DNA of 64,000 nucleotides from Gammaproteobacteria bacterium. GTDB lineage: Bacteria; Pseudomonadota; Gammaproteobacteria; UBA4575. The position numbers and the translations under genes are program-made. The notes beneath the pieces are model-generated. The model saw only the letters and a program-made list of their open reading frames with translations. It did no database searches and was not told where the DNA came from. Below are positions 35,625 through 45,973 of this stretch, piece after piece. The stretch is from contig CBDCUI010000008.1 of assembly GCA_965222615.1 (NCBI GenBank), forward strand, positions 1,024,001-1,088,000, written 5' to 3'. Numbering within the stretch: the stretch's first letter is position 1; the number at the start of each line of letters is the position of its first letter.

Positions 35625-35726
35625 ACTAATGCGAAGTGACTATAGGTAATATTTTCTGTGTTAGTTACTTATTAATAAAAAATAGTAAATAAATGGGAGT
35701 GTTAATTTCTGTAATGTGGTATTGAT

Positions 35727-36095
35727 ATGAATGCAGATCAAGTATTAAAGCAATGGGAAAAGTCATTGAATAATGGTGATTTGACTAATGTTGTTAGTCT
35801 GTATGCGAAAGATGCAGTACTTTGGGCCACTTTTTCAAAAATTATTCGCAATAATCCAGATTTAATTGAGCAATATTTTCAAGACTTATTGCAGAAAAAA
35901 AACTTTAGAGTCAATTTTAGTTCTTCTAATGGCAGAGCCTATGAAAATACTCATTTGTACTCTGGAACATATGAATTTTCATATCTGGACAGTAACCTGA
36001 TAACATTTCCCGCTCGATTTACTTTTGTTATATGTAAAAATGAAGCTGGTGGTTATAAAATCGTAGAACATCACTCTTCTTTAATTCCAGATTAG
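35727..36095 (+). CDS. NTF2/SnoaL-like (DUF4440) protein
   Basis: ARFTFV...IVEHHSS C-terminal motif. Confidence 0.82.
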   Translation: MNADQVLKQWEKSLNNGDLTNVVSLYAKDAVLWATFSKIIRNNPDLIEQYFQDLLQKKNFRVNFSSSNGRAYENTHLYSGTYEFSYLDSNLITFPARFTFVICKNEAGGYKIVEHHSSLIPD

Positions 36096-36099
36096 AATT

Positions 36100-37263
36100 T
36101 TAGGCTAAGATCGAATTTAAGCCTTTTTGTAAGCGCTCTAACCCTATTTCTAAATCACGATCTGAAAGCGCACCATAGGATAATCTCAAAGTACAGTTAT
36201 TTTCAATGCCAAAAGCAGAGCCAGGAATCGTAGCGACACCAAATTTCTCAATTAAAAGTTTTACTAGTTGCATATCATCCATTTCCGTATCGATACTAAG
36301 TAATACATAAAAAGCACCTTCAGATAGAGGTGTATTTTTCAAGCAATGTAATTCGTTAAGTGTATTCAAAACTAAGTTGCGTTTTTTTGACATTGCATCA
36401 CGTTTTGTCTCGATAAATGAGTAACCGGAATCAAGCGCACCAATTGCAGCATATTGAGAAATTACTGGCGGTGAAATTAAAATGGTATCTTGTATTTTTT
36501 TTACTGCGTCCAATAAATGTTTTGGAATGACCATGTAACCTACACGCCAACCTGCAAACCCAAATCCCTTTGAAAAAGAATACAGTGAGATGGTGTAATC
36601 GCTAGTTGCAGGATCAGATGCTACGGAATAATGTGTGTTGTTATCGTAATAAAAATCTTCATAGGCTTCGTCGCTAATATGATAGAGTTTATGTTGTCGA
36701 CATAAATTATTTACAGTCTTTAACTCATTTTTCGTATACACCGTGCCACTGGGATTATTAGGACTGATCGTCACTATCGCCTTAGTTTTGGGAGTAATTG
36801 CCGCTTCTAGCTTGCCAATATCCAAGTGGAAATGTTCATCCGTTGGCACCAATACCGGTATACATTTTTCCATCATTAAGGACATTTCATGATTAAAATA
36901 ATAAGGAAGAGGAAGTATGACTTCATCACCTGGATCTGTGATAGCAAGAATGGCGGTGTTGAAAGCCATATTAGAGCCTGCAGTGACGACTATTTTATTC
37001 ACAGAATTAATTTTGATTCCGTTCTGTGTTTGTAGTTTATTAGTTAAAGCTTCTTGTAGATCTGGTATGCCTTCAACAGGACCATAGTGATTGATTGCAG
37101 GATCTGTTAGCGAATGTTGCACTTTGCGAAAGGCTTCGGGAGGAGGCCCATAAAATGCAACACCTTGTCCAAACGAAATGGTACCTTCGTGCTTTCTAGT
37201 TAATTTTCCGATTAATGGAATAATAGGATTTTGTACCGCGTCCAAGCGTTGGCTATTTTTCAT
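36100..37263 (-). CDS. PLP-dependent class I/II aminotransferase
   Basis: SPNNPSG, DEAY and SFSKGFGFAGWRVG motifs. Confidence 0.93.
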   Translation of the reverse strand: MKNSQRLDAVQNPIIPLIGKLTRKHEGTISFGQGVAFYGPPPEAFRKVQHSLTDPAINHYGPVEGIPDLQEALTNKLQTQNGIKINSVNKIVVTAGSNMAFNTAILAITDPGDEVILPLPYYFNHEMSLMMEKCIPVLVPTDEHFHLDIGKLEAAITPKTKAIVTISPNNPSGTVYTKNELKTVNNLCRQHKLYHISDEAYEDFYYDNNTHYSVASDPATSDYTISLYSFSKGFGFAGWRVGYMVIPKHLLDAVKKIQDTILISPPVISQYAAIGALDSGYSFIETKRDAMSKKRNLVLNTLNELHCLKNTPLSEGAFYVLLSIDTEMDDMQLVKLLIEKFGVATIPGSAFGIENNCTLRLSYGALSDRDLEIGLERLQKGLNSILA

Positions 37264-37280
37264 ATCAGCGCAATAGATAT

Positions 37281-39539
37281 TTATAGAGTTATGCGTCGAT
37301 AAATATCAGAAACTTTATAAGGGAGTCTGTCGACTTCATTGACTACAGTGAAATTAACTGCACCATACATATGTTGTAGATAATCCATGGCTTCTTGGTC
37401 AATCGTAATACAAAAAGGATGTATGCCCAAGAATTTTGCTTCAATTAGTGCACGGCGAGTATCTTCAATTCCATAAGGTCCTCGATAGCCATCTTGATCG
37501 TCAGGTCGGCCATCGGATAATGTAATTAGGATTTTGGTGCGTGCTTCCACTTGGTGTAATAGTTTTGTTAAATGCCGTATCGCAACTCCCATGCGCGTGT
37601 AGTCTTGCGGTTGTATCCCACTAATTCGAGCTTTAACCTCTTCATTATAGAGCTCATCAAATTCTTTTACTTTGTACAGTTCACAGCGTTCATGTGTGAC
37701 ACCGGAAAATCCATAAATTGCATACCGATCTCCTAGTATTTCTAGTGACTCACAAAGCAAGACCAGCGCTTCACGTTCCATTTCATTGATCCAGCCGGTG
37801 GTGGAACCACTCATGTCAATCATGAACATAACCGCAATGTTGCGATCAATTTTTCGTGACTTTATGAAAAGATTTTGTGATGCCTCAAAGCCGGCTTTAG
37901 TGTCAGAGAATGCTTCGATAACGGAGTCCAGATCAATATCATCGCCATACGGTTGACGTTTTACTCGTTTGTCGTCTTCGCGTAATGCTTCGAATGTTCG
38001 GTGTAAATGTTTTAATAAGTTGCGGTGCTTTTGTAATGTATTGTTTACAAAGTTATCATGAATAGGATGTACAGAGATTTCTTTTAGATGACACCACTCT
38101 TTACGATATTTTTGACGTGAATGATCCCACTCATCATATAAAAATATATCTTCATGTTCGTTATTTTCCTCAGTGTCATCGTCTTCCGTAACTTGGACTT
38201 CATCGTCGTATTGACTATCATTAGAAGGAACTAAATAATCATCCGGAATTTCTCCTAGATCCTGTAGTATAGATTCTAATAATTGCTGTACATCATCGGG
38301 TGGATCAATCGTCTTGTCATCAAACTGCAATTCAACTTTGTATCCATCAAGTAGCGACTCATTTTCGGTTTCTTGTATTGAAAAACCTTCATTTTCGCTT
38401 GCATTCTCTTCTTCATTACTAGCGTTCGCACCACTAGCTTTTTCAAGTTCACGTTGCAGTTCGGCTAATTTATCTTTCAAATTTTCTTTTTCACGTTCCA
38501 GCCTTGCTTGAATCGTCTTCCAAGTTTCACGAGGTATTAGGATTCCTTGATATATTTTATCAGCTGGGTATTGTTCGTCCTTATACACAGTTTCTAAAAA
38601 GAACATGGTATCTTGTACGGTAGTATCATCTTCACGTAATTTTTCTAAAGCAAGTTGCCAATTTTTAGAAAGCTTAGAATTTTCTTGATCAGTAGATAGA
38701 TTTTTTATTGCCCTTGAAACACCAGGTAGCTCACGTTCAATGCAAGCATCCAAACGAATAGTTTCAAGTTTATGAAAAAGTGACAGTGCACGATCTGGAT
38801 CTTTATAGGTTTTAGCCAAAGCATCTACATTCATACGCCATGTACCAAACCAAGTTTGAGCCCATTGATGTACAGCCATAGCTTTGTATAGAATGAAATT
38901 GTTTTCTCGCTTGGTAAAATCAGCAGAAATTTCTGGCAAGCGAATTGTTTCGGTATCCGTATAAAGAGAATCACTACTTTCAATACTTAGTTTTCTTCCA
39001 TTTAAGCCAATAACAAAACTTTCTAAAATTCGAGAAACTTCTGTTAATGCAATACTTGCTGGGGCGTGTGAGAAAGATTGAATATATTTATCAACATCTC
39101 TCATAGTATCGATTGCACCGTTTACTCCTGTTTCGTTATAAACTTCCAAGATTTTACTAATCCAGTCATCCCATTTTTCTTCATCGATGAGTTGTAAACT
39201 TGGTGGAGCGAATTGGCAGAAATTAAATGCAAGTTCGACATCGGTGGCACAAATTTTTTCTACAGAACTTAAAAATCGGTCCTGGTCTACTTTAGGAAAC
39301 ACCGCAAGCTCTTTAGCAGGTTCAAATACACTGCGATGTAAAGACAGTACCTGGTCTACGAGTAACTCCATGCGTAATTGCATTTCGCGAACCCCTCGAC
39401 CCCCATATGATGCGCTAGTGGTTAGACCTTGGCGTTCAAGTGATTTAATGTATCCGCCTTCTTTGCTGTAGGCACGTATTTCAGACGCATCATTATTATT
39501 ATTTTGCCGGCGTTTTTTTAATAATTTATTCCAAAACAT
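37281..39539 (-). CDS. CbbO/NorD-like von Willebrand A domain protein
   Basis: YDEWD, C-terminal MIDAS DMSGS, YTRMG, LSDGRPD; acidic linker. Confidence 0.87.
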   Translation of the reverse strand: MFWNKLLKKRRQNNNNDASEIRAYSKEGGYIKSLERQGLTTSASYGGRGVREMQLRMELLVDQVLSLHRSVFEPAKELAVFPKVDQDRFLSSVEKICATDVELAFNFCQFAPPSLQLIDEEKWDDWISKILEVYNETGVNGAIDTMRDVDKYIQSFSHAPASIALTEVSRILESFVIGLNGRKLSIESSDSLYTDTETIRLPEISADFTKRENNFILYKAMAVHQWAQTWFGTWRMNVDALAKTYKDPDRALSLFHKLETIRLDACIERELPGVSRAIKNLSTDQENSKLSKNWQLALEKLREDDTTVQDTMFFLETVYKDEQYPADKIYQGILIPRETWKTIQARLEREKENLKDKLAELQRELEKASGANASNEEENASENEGFSIQETENESLLDGYKVELQFDDKTIDPPDDVQQLLESILQDLGEIPDDYLVPSNDSQYDDEVQVTEDDDTEENNEHEDIFLYDEWDHSRQKYRKEWCHLKEISVHPIHDNFVNNTLQKHRNLLKHLHRTFEALREDDKRVKRQPYGDDIDLDSVIEAFSDTKAGFEASQNLFIKSRKIDRNIAVMFMIDMSGSTTGWINEMEREALVLLCESLEILGDRYAIYGFSGVTHERCELYKVKEFDELYNEEVKARISGIQPQDYTRMGVAIRHLTKLLHQVEARTKILITLSDGRPDDQDGYRGPYGIEDTRRALIEAKFLGIHPFCITIDQEAMDYLQHMYGAVNFTVVNEVDRLPYKVSDIYRRITL

Positions 39540-39567
39540 TGCGGTTATTTTTATATAAGCTAAAAAA

Positions 39568-40302
39568 TCAAGCTGCTTTCTTTAATAAAATATCTTTGGC
39601 CTGATTAATTTTTGATGCCAAATAGTCATTGCCGCCGCGATCGGGATGAAGTTTTTGCATTAAACGACGATGTGCTTCAATAATTTCTTCATCGTTTGCA
39701 TTTTTATCTAGACCTAAGATGTTATACGCTTCTTCAACAGACATGGAAAAATTTTGTGTGGCCTTTGCCTGTGAAAAGTCTTCTTCTTCAACCTGATCTC
39801 TCCATTTATCATCGTATTTACGATCTAAATAGGCTTCTAATAATTGAGCCGAGTCCGTATCTAGGTGTGCTAGTTCTTTATATAGATCCACCAATTCCGC
39901 GAGAGTTAAGTTATCTAAACTTTTTCCACTATGGGCACCTTTTTTTACTTGACCAGTCATTTCTCCACTTATGTGATCTAAGTTCATAAGTAAATATTCA
40001 GTTTCCACACATGAATTTTGATTTGGGTTAGAACTGGTATTTACATTTCTAAATTGTGTGAATAATCGACCGATTAAAGGTGCATAACTAAGTAGAGATA
40101 ACACTCTTTGAAGTAGAGGCACCATGGCGGCAAATAATGCAAATAACCAATGTAGCCTTCCAGTCAGGGCTAAACCGATCAAAACGATGGCAGTCAGAAT
40201 TGAAATTGCCTGTATTTTTTTTTGTTTGGGTTGCTTACGCACCCATCGCATAAATAAAAATAAGCCAATTATTCCTGCAATGATGAGTAACTGTTGAATC
40301 AT
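39568..40302 (-). CDS. membrane-anchored DnaJ-domain protein
   Basis: N-terminal TM helices; C-terminal J domain with HPDRGG. Confidence 0.88.
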   Translation of the reverse strand: MIQQLLIIAGIIGLFLFMRWVRKQPKQKKIQAISILTAIVLIGLALTGRLHWLFALFAAMVPLLQRVLSLLSYAPLIGRLFTQFRNVNTSSNPNQNSCVETEYLLMNLDHISGEMTGQVKKGAHSGKSLDNLTLAELVDLYKELAHLDTDSAQLLEAYLDRKYDDKWRDQVEEEDFSQAKATQNFSMSVEEAYNILGLDKNANDEEIIEAHRRLMQKLHPDRGGNDYLASKINQAKDILLKKAA

Positions 40303-41009
40303 TTAGATTGGTCTGTTAACTGTTTAATGAGATCAGCACTTAATTCTGAATTTTTTTGTTTGTGTTTTTTTAGAGCGTTAATTCCACCCACTGCATAAAC
40401 GGCTGCGGTCTTAAGTAGAGCGCGTAGTTGTTCGGCACTGGATTGATCGAATCGGCAATAAGCGCCTTTAGTAATTTGTGCAATATGTCGAAAAGTACGT
40501 TCCGCAATAGGTTCGTGTCCTTCGTGAAATATAAATACGGGAATTGCGCGCAAAGCAAGTTGGCCAGCCTGTTCGTAGAGTCTATCAGCCAGTTCTTCCA
40601 TACAGTCACCAATAAAAACTAAAGCATTTACTTTGTTTGTTTTAGATTGAGTAAGGGTATGTTTAAGGATACGCTCTATTTGTGTTTGGCCCGCTTTACA
40701 TCGAACGGCAGTCATCACATTTTGCAGCTGAGAGGCATTTTGTGTCCAATTCGTGGTGTGAAATTCACCATACCCTTGGTAATAGCAGAGTTGTACTTGC
40801 AATTGTCCTAGTTCAGCAGTTTCAGTAAACATCTCAGCTTGTAATTGACAGGCGATGTCCCAGCATGGCTCACGGCTAGCAGTAGCATCCATACCAAAGA
40901 TCAATTTTCCCATTGAATCGGATGCAGCTGGGGCAGGTATTTTTGACGCCTGTTCCAAGAAAGACTTTACCGAGGATGATTGGGTAGATATGCTTTTCGA
41001 CCTTGCCAT
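40299..41009 (-). CDS. vWA domain protein
   Basis: MDATASR MIDAS-like motif, FIGDCME; 4-nt overlap with the DnaJ gene. Confidence 0.85.
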   Translation of the reverse strand: MARSKSISTQSSSVKSFLEQASKIPAPAASDSMGKLIFGMDATASREPCWDIACQLQAEMFTETAELGQLQVQLCYYQGYGEFHTTNWTQNASQLQNVMTAVRCKAGQTQIERILKHTLTQSKTNKVNALVFIGDCMEELADRLYEQAGQLALRAIPVFIFHEGHEPIAERTFRHIAQITKGAYCRFDQSSAEQLRALLKTAAVYAVGGINALKKHKQKNSELSADLIKQLTDQSK

Positions 41010-41112
41010 ATTGAAATAATTAAATAAATCTCAAATTTTCACTTCTAGTTTAACCCAAATGGGTGTCTTGGTCGTTTAAGCATGTAAATCTAGGGAAAAT
41101 AAAGGATTAACG

Positions 41113-42573
41113 ATGAAGCGATTCAAATCTAAAACGGCACTTATATTGGGTTTACTACTTAGTTTATTACTTGAACAAGTAGTTGCGAATACGCATGCAG
41201 ATGAAGTGAAAAGTACTTTATATGACCAAAAAGAGGTTGCAGTCACCATTTATAACGACCAGTTGGCGTTAGTGAAGGACTTACGGATAATACAATTGGA
41301 AAATGGCTTTAATAAGCTCGCGTTTCGTGAAGTTAGTGCGCAGATGCGCCCGGAAACTGCTTTGCTTCGCAGCTTAGATTATCCCGATGGATTTCAACTC
41401 ATCGAGCAAAACTTTGACTTTGATCTTTTAACTCCACAAAAGTTATTAGAAAAGTATGTGGGTAAAAAAGTTAGAGTTGTAAAAACTCATCCAACAACTG
41501 GTAAAGAAAAACTACTTGATGCTACGGTTTTGAGTGTAAATAGCGGTGTAGTATTACGTATTGGTGATCGAATTGAGACAGGTGTACCTGGACGGATAGT
41601 CTTTGATGAAATACCAGGCAATTTACGTGATCGTCCAACACTTGTGTTGCAACTAAATAGTGCAACATCTGAAAAACAGCAGTTGCAATTAAGTTATCTT
41701 ACCGGTGGCTTGTCGTGGAAAGCGGATTATGTAGCGGAATTAGATGAGTCAGATAAGTTTGTAGATCTTACCGGCTGGGTAACGCTTACCAATCAAAGTG
41801 GTGCAACTTATAAGAATGCAAAGTTACAGCTGGTTGCTGGAGATGTGAATCGTGTTCAAAATGAATTCAAAGCAGCAAACCGAGCGTTGAGTACGGTAGC
41901 CGAGGATGCAGTAATGCAAGAATCTGAAATGGTAGAAGAAGCTTTATTTGAATATCATCTCTATACTTTGCAGCGTCCAACTACGATTGCAGATAATCAA
42001 ACTAAACAAGTATCACTTTTAAGTGCTACAAAAATTCCAGTAAAAAAAGAATTTTTACTCAAGGGTCAAGACTATTACTACCATAGCTCCTATGGCCAAT
42101 TAGGGCAAAAGCTTAAAGTAGGGGTGTTCGTAGAGTTTGAAAACAAAGAAACATCCAACTTAGGTATACCGTTACCTAAAGGTATTGTACGTGTCTATAA
42201 GAACGATAAATCCGGTAATGCACAATTTGTAGGTGAGGATCATATTGATCACACCCCAAAAAATGAAGATGTCAGACTAAAACTAGGCGATGCGTTTGAT
42301 ATCACTGCCGATAAAAAACAAGCTAGCTTTAAGAAAGCACATGCCATTGGAAAATATAATTATGCCTATACAGCTAGTTTTCAAATTGATCTTAAAAATG
42401 CCAAGAGCGAAACAGTAGAAGTGGTTGTACAAGAGCCGATCCCGGGTGATTGGAAAATGAAAAAACAAAGTCACGAACATGAAAAGGTTGCTTCAGGTAC
42501 TGCGGAATGGAGGGTAAAAATCCCAGCAGAAGGCAAAGCCACACTGACGTATGAGGTACTTATCCGCTATTGA
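41113..42573 (+). CDS. DUF4139 domain exported protein (paralogue 1)
   Basis: Signal peptide; VTIYN, LSYLTGGLSWKADY, YHLY. Confidence 0.88.
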   Translation: MKRFKSKTALILGLLLSLLLEQVVANTHADEVKSTLYDQKEVAVTIYNDQLALVKDLRIIQLENGFNKLAFREVSAQMRPETALLRSLDYPDGFQLIEQNFDFDLLTPQKLLEKYVGKKVRVVKTHPTTGKEKLLDATVLSVNSGVVLRIGDRIETGVPGRIVFDEIPGNLRDRPTLVLQLNSATSEKQQLQLSYLTGGLSWKADYVAELDESDKFVDLTGWVTLTNQSGATYKNAKLQLVAGDVNRVQNEFKAANRALSTVAEDAVMQESEMVEEALFEYHLYTLQRPTTIADNQTKQVSLLSATKIPVKKEFLLKGQDYYYHSSYGQLGQKLKVGVFVEFENKETSNLGIPLPKGIVRVYKNDKSGNAQFVGEDHIDHTPKNEDVRLKLGDAFDITADKKQASFKKAHAIGKYNYAYTASFQIDLKNAKSETVEVVVQEPIPGDWKMKKQSHEHEKVASGTAEWRVKIPAEGKATLTYEVLIRY

Positions 42574-42578
42574 TATTT

Positions 42579-42706
42579 CTCAAAATGCATCTAGCACGCT
42601 AATACGTCGTTGCAGAGCTTTCTTCGGTGCTCATTTACTAATATTGTAAACTCTGCTCCTCATAAAGCTCTGCGCCTTGTCTAAGCGCACTATCTACTAT
42701 TTTGAG
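42579..42706 (+). repeat. ERIC-like palindromic MITE (family B)
   Basis: CTCAAAAT...ATTTTGAG ends, nested stems; inverted copy at 45212. Confidence 0.78.
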
Positions 42707-42749
42707 TTCGCTTCATATTTAGTTTATATAGAATTTATGAGGACAAATT

Positions 42750-44192
42750 ATGAATTTTTTAAATAAAGTAAAGACTACATCTGTACTGCTTTTATTTTTT
42801 ATACAAGTAGTATCCGCAGATGATGAAATACGCAGCACCTTAGCAGATCAACAAGAAGTGGCGGTTACCATTTACAATGAACAACTCGCGTTAGTGAAGG
42901 ATCTACGGCATATTACTTTGAACAAGGGTTTTAATCGGCTCGCATATCGTGAAGTTAGTGCACAAATGCGGCCTGAAACGGCATTACTGAGAAGCATCGA
43001 TCATTCACAGGGGTTTTATTTAATTGAACAAAATTTTGATTTTGATTTATTGACGCCGCAGAAACTTTTGGAAAAGTATGTAGGTAAGAAAGTCAAAGTG
43101 GTCAAGGTGCATCCAACTACAGGAGATGAAACAGTAGAAGAGGCTGAGGTATTGAGTGTAAACAATGGTGTAGTTCTACGCATAGGCCATCGTATCGAAA
43201 CTGGCTATCCTGGACGAATTATTTATGATGAAGTGCCAGCAAATTTACGCGACAGACCCACGCTTGTCATATCTTTAAATAGTGGAACGAATAAAAAGCA
43301 AGAACTGCAACTTAGTTATCTAACTGGTGGATTGGGTTGGAAAGCTGATTATGTGGCAGAACTTGACGAAAACGATGCATTTGTAGATTTAACTGGTTGG
43401 GTAACCTTAACCAACCAAAGTGGTGCTACGTATAAAAATGCAAAATTACAACTCGTGGCAGGTGATGTAAATCAAGTAAGAAGAGATATGCAACCGCGTA
43501 GAAGAGAGATGCTCATGTCTAAATCTAGTGTGGGAGCAGCGCCTGCCATGGTAGAAGAGGGTCTGTTTGAGTACCATTTATATACCTTGCAACGTCCAAC
43601 TACTATTTCTGATAAGCAAACTAAGCAAGTTTCGCTATTGAGTGCAACTAAAATACCTGTAAACAAAGAGTTTTTACTCAAAGGTCAGGATTATTACTAC
43701 CGCAGCTCATATGGTGAACTTGGGCAAAAGCTAAAAGTAGGGGTGTTCGTAGAATTTGAAAATAAAGAAGCATCTAATCTCGGCATGCCATTGCCTAAGG
43801 GTGTAGTTCGCGTTTATAAGAATGATGAATCGGGTAATGCGCAGTTTGTAGGTGAAGATCGTATTGATCATACGCCAAAAAATGAAAAAATTAGATTAAA
43901 ATTAGGCGATGCATTTGATATCACTGCAGATAAAAAGCAAACGAACTTTAAAAAAGCCACTGCAATTGGGAAATATAATCAAGCCTATACAGCTAGTTTT
44001 GAAGTAGTATTGAAGAACGCCAAGGATGAAGAAGTTGAAGTGGTTGTGCATGAGCCGATCCCAGGCGATTGGAAAATGCAAGATGAAAGTCATGCACATA
44101 AAAAAGTTGCAGCAGGAACTGCAGAATGGATAATTAAAGTTCCTGCAGAAGGCAAGACTAAACTCACCTACGAAGTATTAATACGTTACTAA
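42750..44192 (+). CDS. DUF4139 domain exported protein (paralogue 2)
   Basis: Collinear with and highly similar to 41113..42573. Confidence 0.88.
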   Translation: MNFLNKVKTTSVLLLFFIQVVSADDEIRSTLADQQEVAVTIYNEQLALVKDLRHITLNKGFNRLAYREVSAQMRPETALLRSIDHSQGFYLIEQNFDFDLLTPQKLLEKYVGKKVKVVKVHPTTGDETVEEAEVLSVNNGVVLRIGHRIETGYPGRIIYDEVPANLRDRPTLVISLNSGTNKKQELQLSYLTGGLGWKADYVAELDENDAFVDLTGWVTLTNQSGATYKNAKLQLVAGDVNQVRRDMQPRRREMLMSKSSVGAAPAMVEEGLFEYHLYTLQRPTTISDKQTKQVSLLSATKIPVNKEFLLKGQDYYYRSSYGELGQKLKVGVFVEFENKEASNLGMPLPKGVVRVYKNDESGNAQFVGEDRIDHTPKNEKIRLKLGDAFDITADKKQTNFKKATAIGKYNQAYTASFEVVLKNAKDEEVEVVVHEPIPGDWKMQDESHAHKKVAAGTAEWIIKVPAEGKTKLTYEVLIRY

Positions 44193-44220
44193 GCGGTTAT
44201 TAACTGGCTAATAAAATAGC

Positions 44221-45123
44221 ATGCACAATGCGAAATTACTCGATTGGCTAGGCTTGTTCGCTCTAGTCGTAATGTTTGGTAGCGCATTTATGTTTACTAA
44301 GCTTGCGATCCAGGAATTCCCTCCCATGTTAGTGGCTGCTGGAAGAATTATTATTGCTGCACTAGTGTTACTAATATTTGCATTATTACGGCAAGAATCT
44401 TTTAAATTTTTATCCCGAACCTGGCCTTTGTTAATCGCATTGGCATTTTTCGGAGATTGTTTGCCTTTTTATTTAATAAGTTGGGGCCAACAAACGGTTG
44501 ATAGCAGTATTGCCGGGATTTTGATGGCAGTTATGCCATTGACGACTATATTGTTAGCACATTTTCTAGTTGAAGGTGAGCCGCTTACTACGAATAGAGT
44601 TGTGGGCTTCATATTAGGATTTTTGGGAATATTAGTACTATTAGGCCCTGCTGCCTTGGCAAAATTTGAAGGCGGAGCCAATGTGTTGTTTGCTATGTTG
44701 GCAATTTTGGCGGGTGCCGTGAGCTATGCAGTAAATACCGTGCTGGCAAAACGACTGCCTAAAGAAAGTTTTCTGGCGATTTCGACAGCTGTATTGCTGG
44801 TTGCGGCTCTAATGATGCTTCCAATGCTGTTTGCGTTTGATTATGAATGGAAGTTTAAATTAGCAAGTATTGAGTTTGTCTCGTTACTACTATTGGGATT
44901 ATTTCCAACTGCTCTGGCTACTATTATTTATTTTGCAGTCATCGCTCGTGTTGGGCCATCATTTTTATCACAAATCAATTATTTAATCCCAGTATGGGCA
45001 GTTCTAATGGGAATAATTTTCTTGAGTGAGTCTGTTGGGCTGAATGCTCTTATTGCATTAGCGATAATACTATTAGGTATTGCAATTGCACAACGACAGA
45101 ATTTATCGTTTGCTAGATTTTAA
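44221..45123 (+). CDS. DMT/EamA family transporter
   Basis: About ten TM helices in two EamA repeats. Confidence 0.9.
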   Translation: MHNAKLLDWLGLFALVVMFGSAFMFTKLAIQEFPPMLVAAGRIIIAALVLLIFALLRQESFKFLSRTWPLLIALAFFGDCLPFYLISWGQQTVDSSIAGILMAVMPLTTILLAHFLVEGEPLTTNRVVGFILGFLGILVLLGPAALAKFEGGANVLFAMLAILAGAVSYAVNTVLAKRLPKESFLAISTAVLLVAALMMLPMLFAFDYEWKFKLASIEFVSLLLLGLFPTALATIIYFAVIARVGPSFLSQINYLIPVWAVLMGIIFLSESVGLNALIALAIILLGIAIAQRQNLSFARF

Positions 45124-45211
45124 TTTTTGTGTAAAAAAAATTTCTATTTTATCTATTTTATAAAGAGTCTTAAATTATGTGCTGTATTACCTAAATCCTT
45201 CTAGAGCCTAT

Positions 45212-45337
45212 CTCAAAATAGTAGATAGTCTGCTTAGACAAGGCGTAGAACGTTCGAAAAGCGCAGTTTACACGCTAGTAAATGAGCATTTGAGAACGTT
45301 CTACAACGCGGTATCAGCGGACTAGATGCATTTTGAG
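45212..45337 (-). repeat. ERIC-like palindromic MITE (family B)
   Basis: Reverse complement aligns end to end with 42579..42706. Confidence 0.78.
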
Positions 45338-45344
45338 CTAGATT

Positions 45345-45872
45345 TTAGTTGCTTTTTTTGGAAATAAATCTTTCCAGCGCTTCAATTTCTACGGGTCCTG
45401 GATTGTGACCCACTAATTGCCCTTGAGGGTTAAACATCATGTAAGTTGGTGTTCCTTGTAGAGGTTCTTCTGTCGATGCTTCGTAATTAAATGCTATAAC
45501 GGAGACTTCACCGATTAAATTTTCAAAAGTCATTGGCATTTCGCTAATGTGTCGGGTAATTTGTTCTAATTGAGAATAGCCATCTAATGAAACACCAATT
45601 ACTTTTGCATCAGTGTTTTTGTGTTTGTCATGAAATTCAGACATTACTGGAAACTCTCTCGTACATATTCCACAGTTAGTGGTCCAGAGCATTACTAAAG
45701 TCCATTTTCCCTCTTCAAAGTGTTGAGACAAAGCTGTTATTTTTCCATCTAAGGTTCTCACTTCTACCCAGTTTGAGGCATGAGGCGTATTAGTAGCTAC
45801 TAAAATTAAAAAAACAATGCCATAAAAAACAAATTTTATTTTTTGTCTGAAAGGTATAATCTTTTCATCCAT
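45345..45872 (-). CDS. TlpA-like thioredoxin-fold protein
   Basis: N-terminal TM, WxxxCGIC, cis-Pro GTP. Confidence 0.82.
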   Translation of the reverse strand: MDEKIIPFRQKIKFVFYGIVFLILVATNTPHASNWVEVRTLDGKITALSQHFEEGKWTLVMLWTTNCGICTREFPVMSEFHDKHKNTDAKVIGVSLDGYSQLEQITRHISEMPMTFENLIGEVSVIAFNYEASTEEPLQGTPTYMMFNPQGQLVGHNPGPVEIEALERFISKKSN

Positions 45873-45904
45873 ATTTATATCTCGCAGAATAACAGTGCTT
45901 AAAG

Positions 45905-45934
45905 TTTGAACAAGGCGATGATACCTAGTTCAAA
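45905..45934. promoter_or_regulatory. inverted repeat resembling a sigma-E promoter on both strands
   Basis: TTTGAAC-N16-GTTCAAA between divergent genes; reads GAACWA-N16-TCAAA in each direction. Confidence 0.3.
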
Positions 45935-45973
45935 TGCATTTGCATAATTAATACCACTCATCGAGGTGATTTT

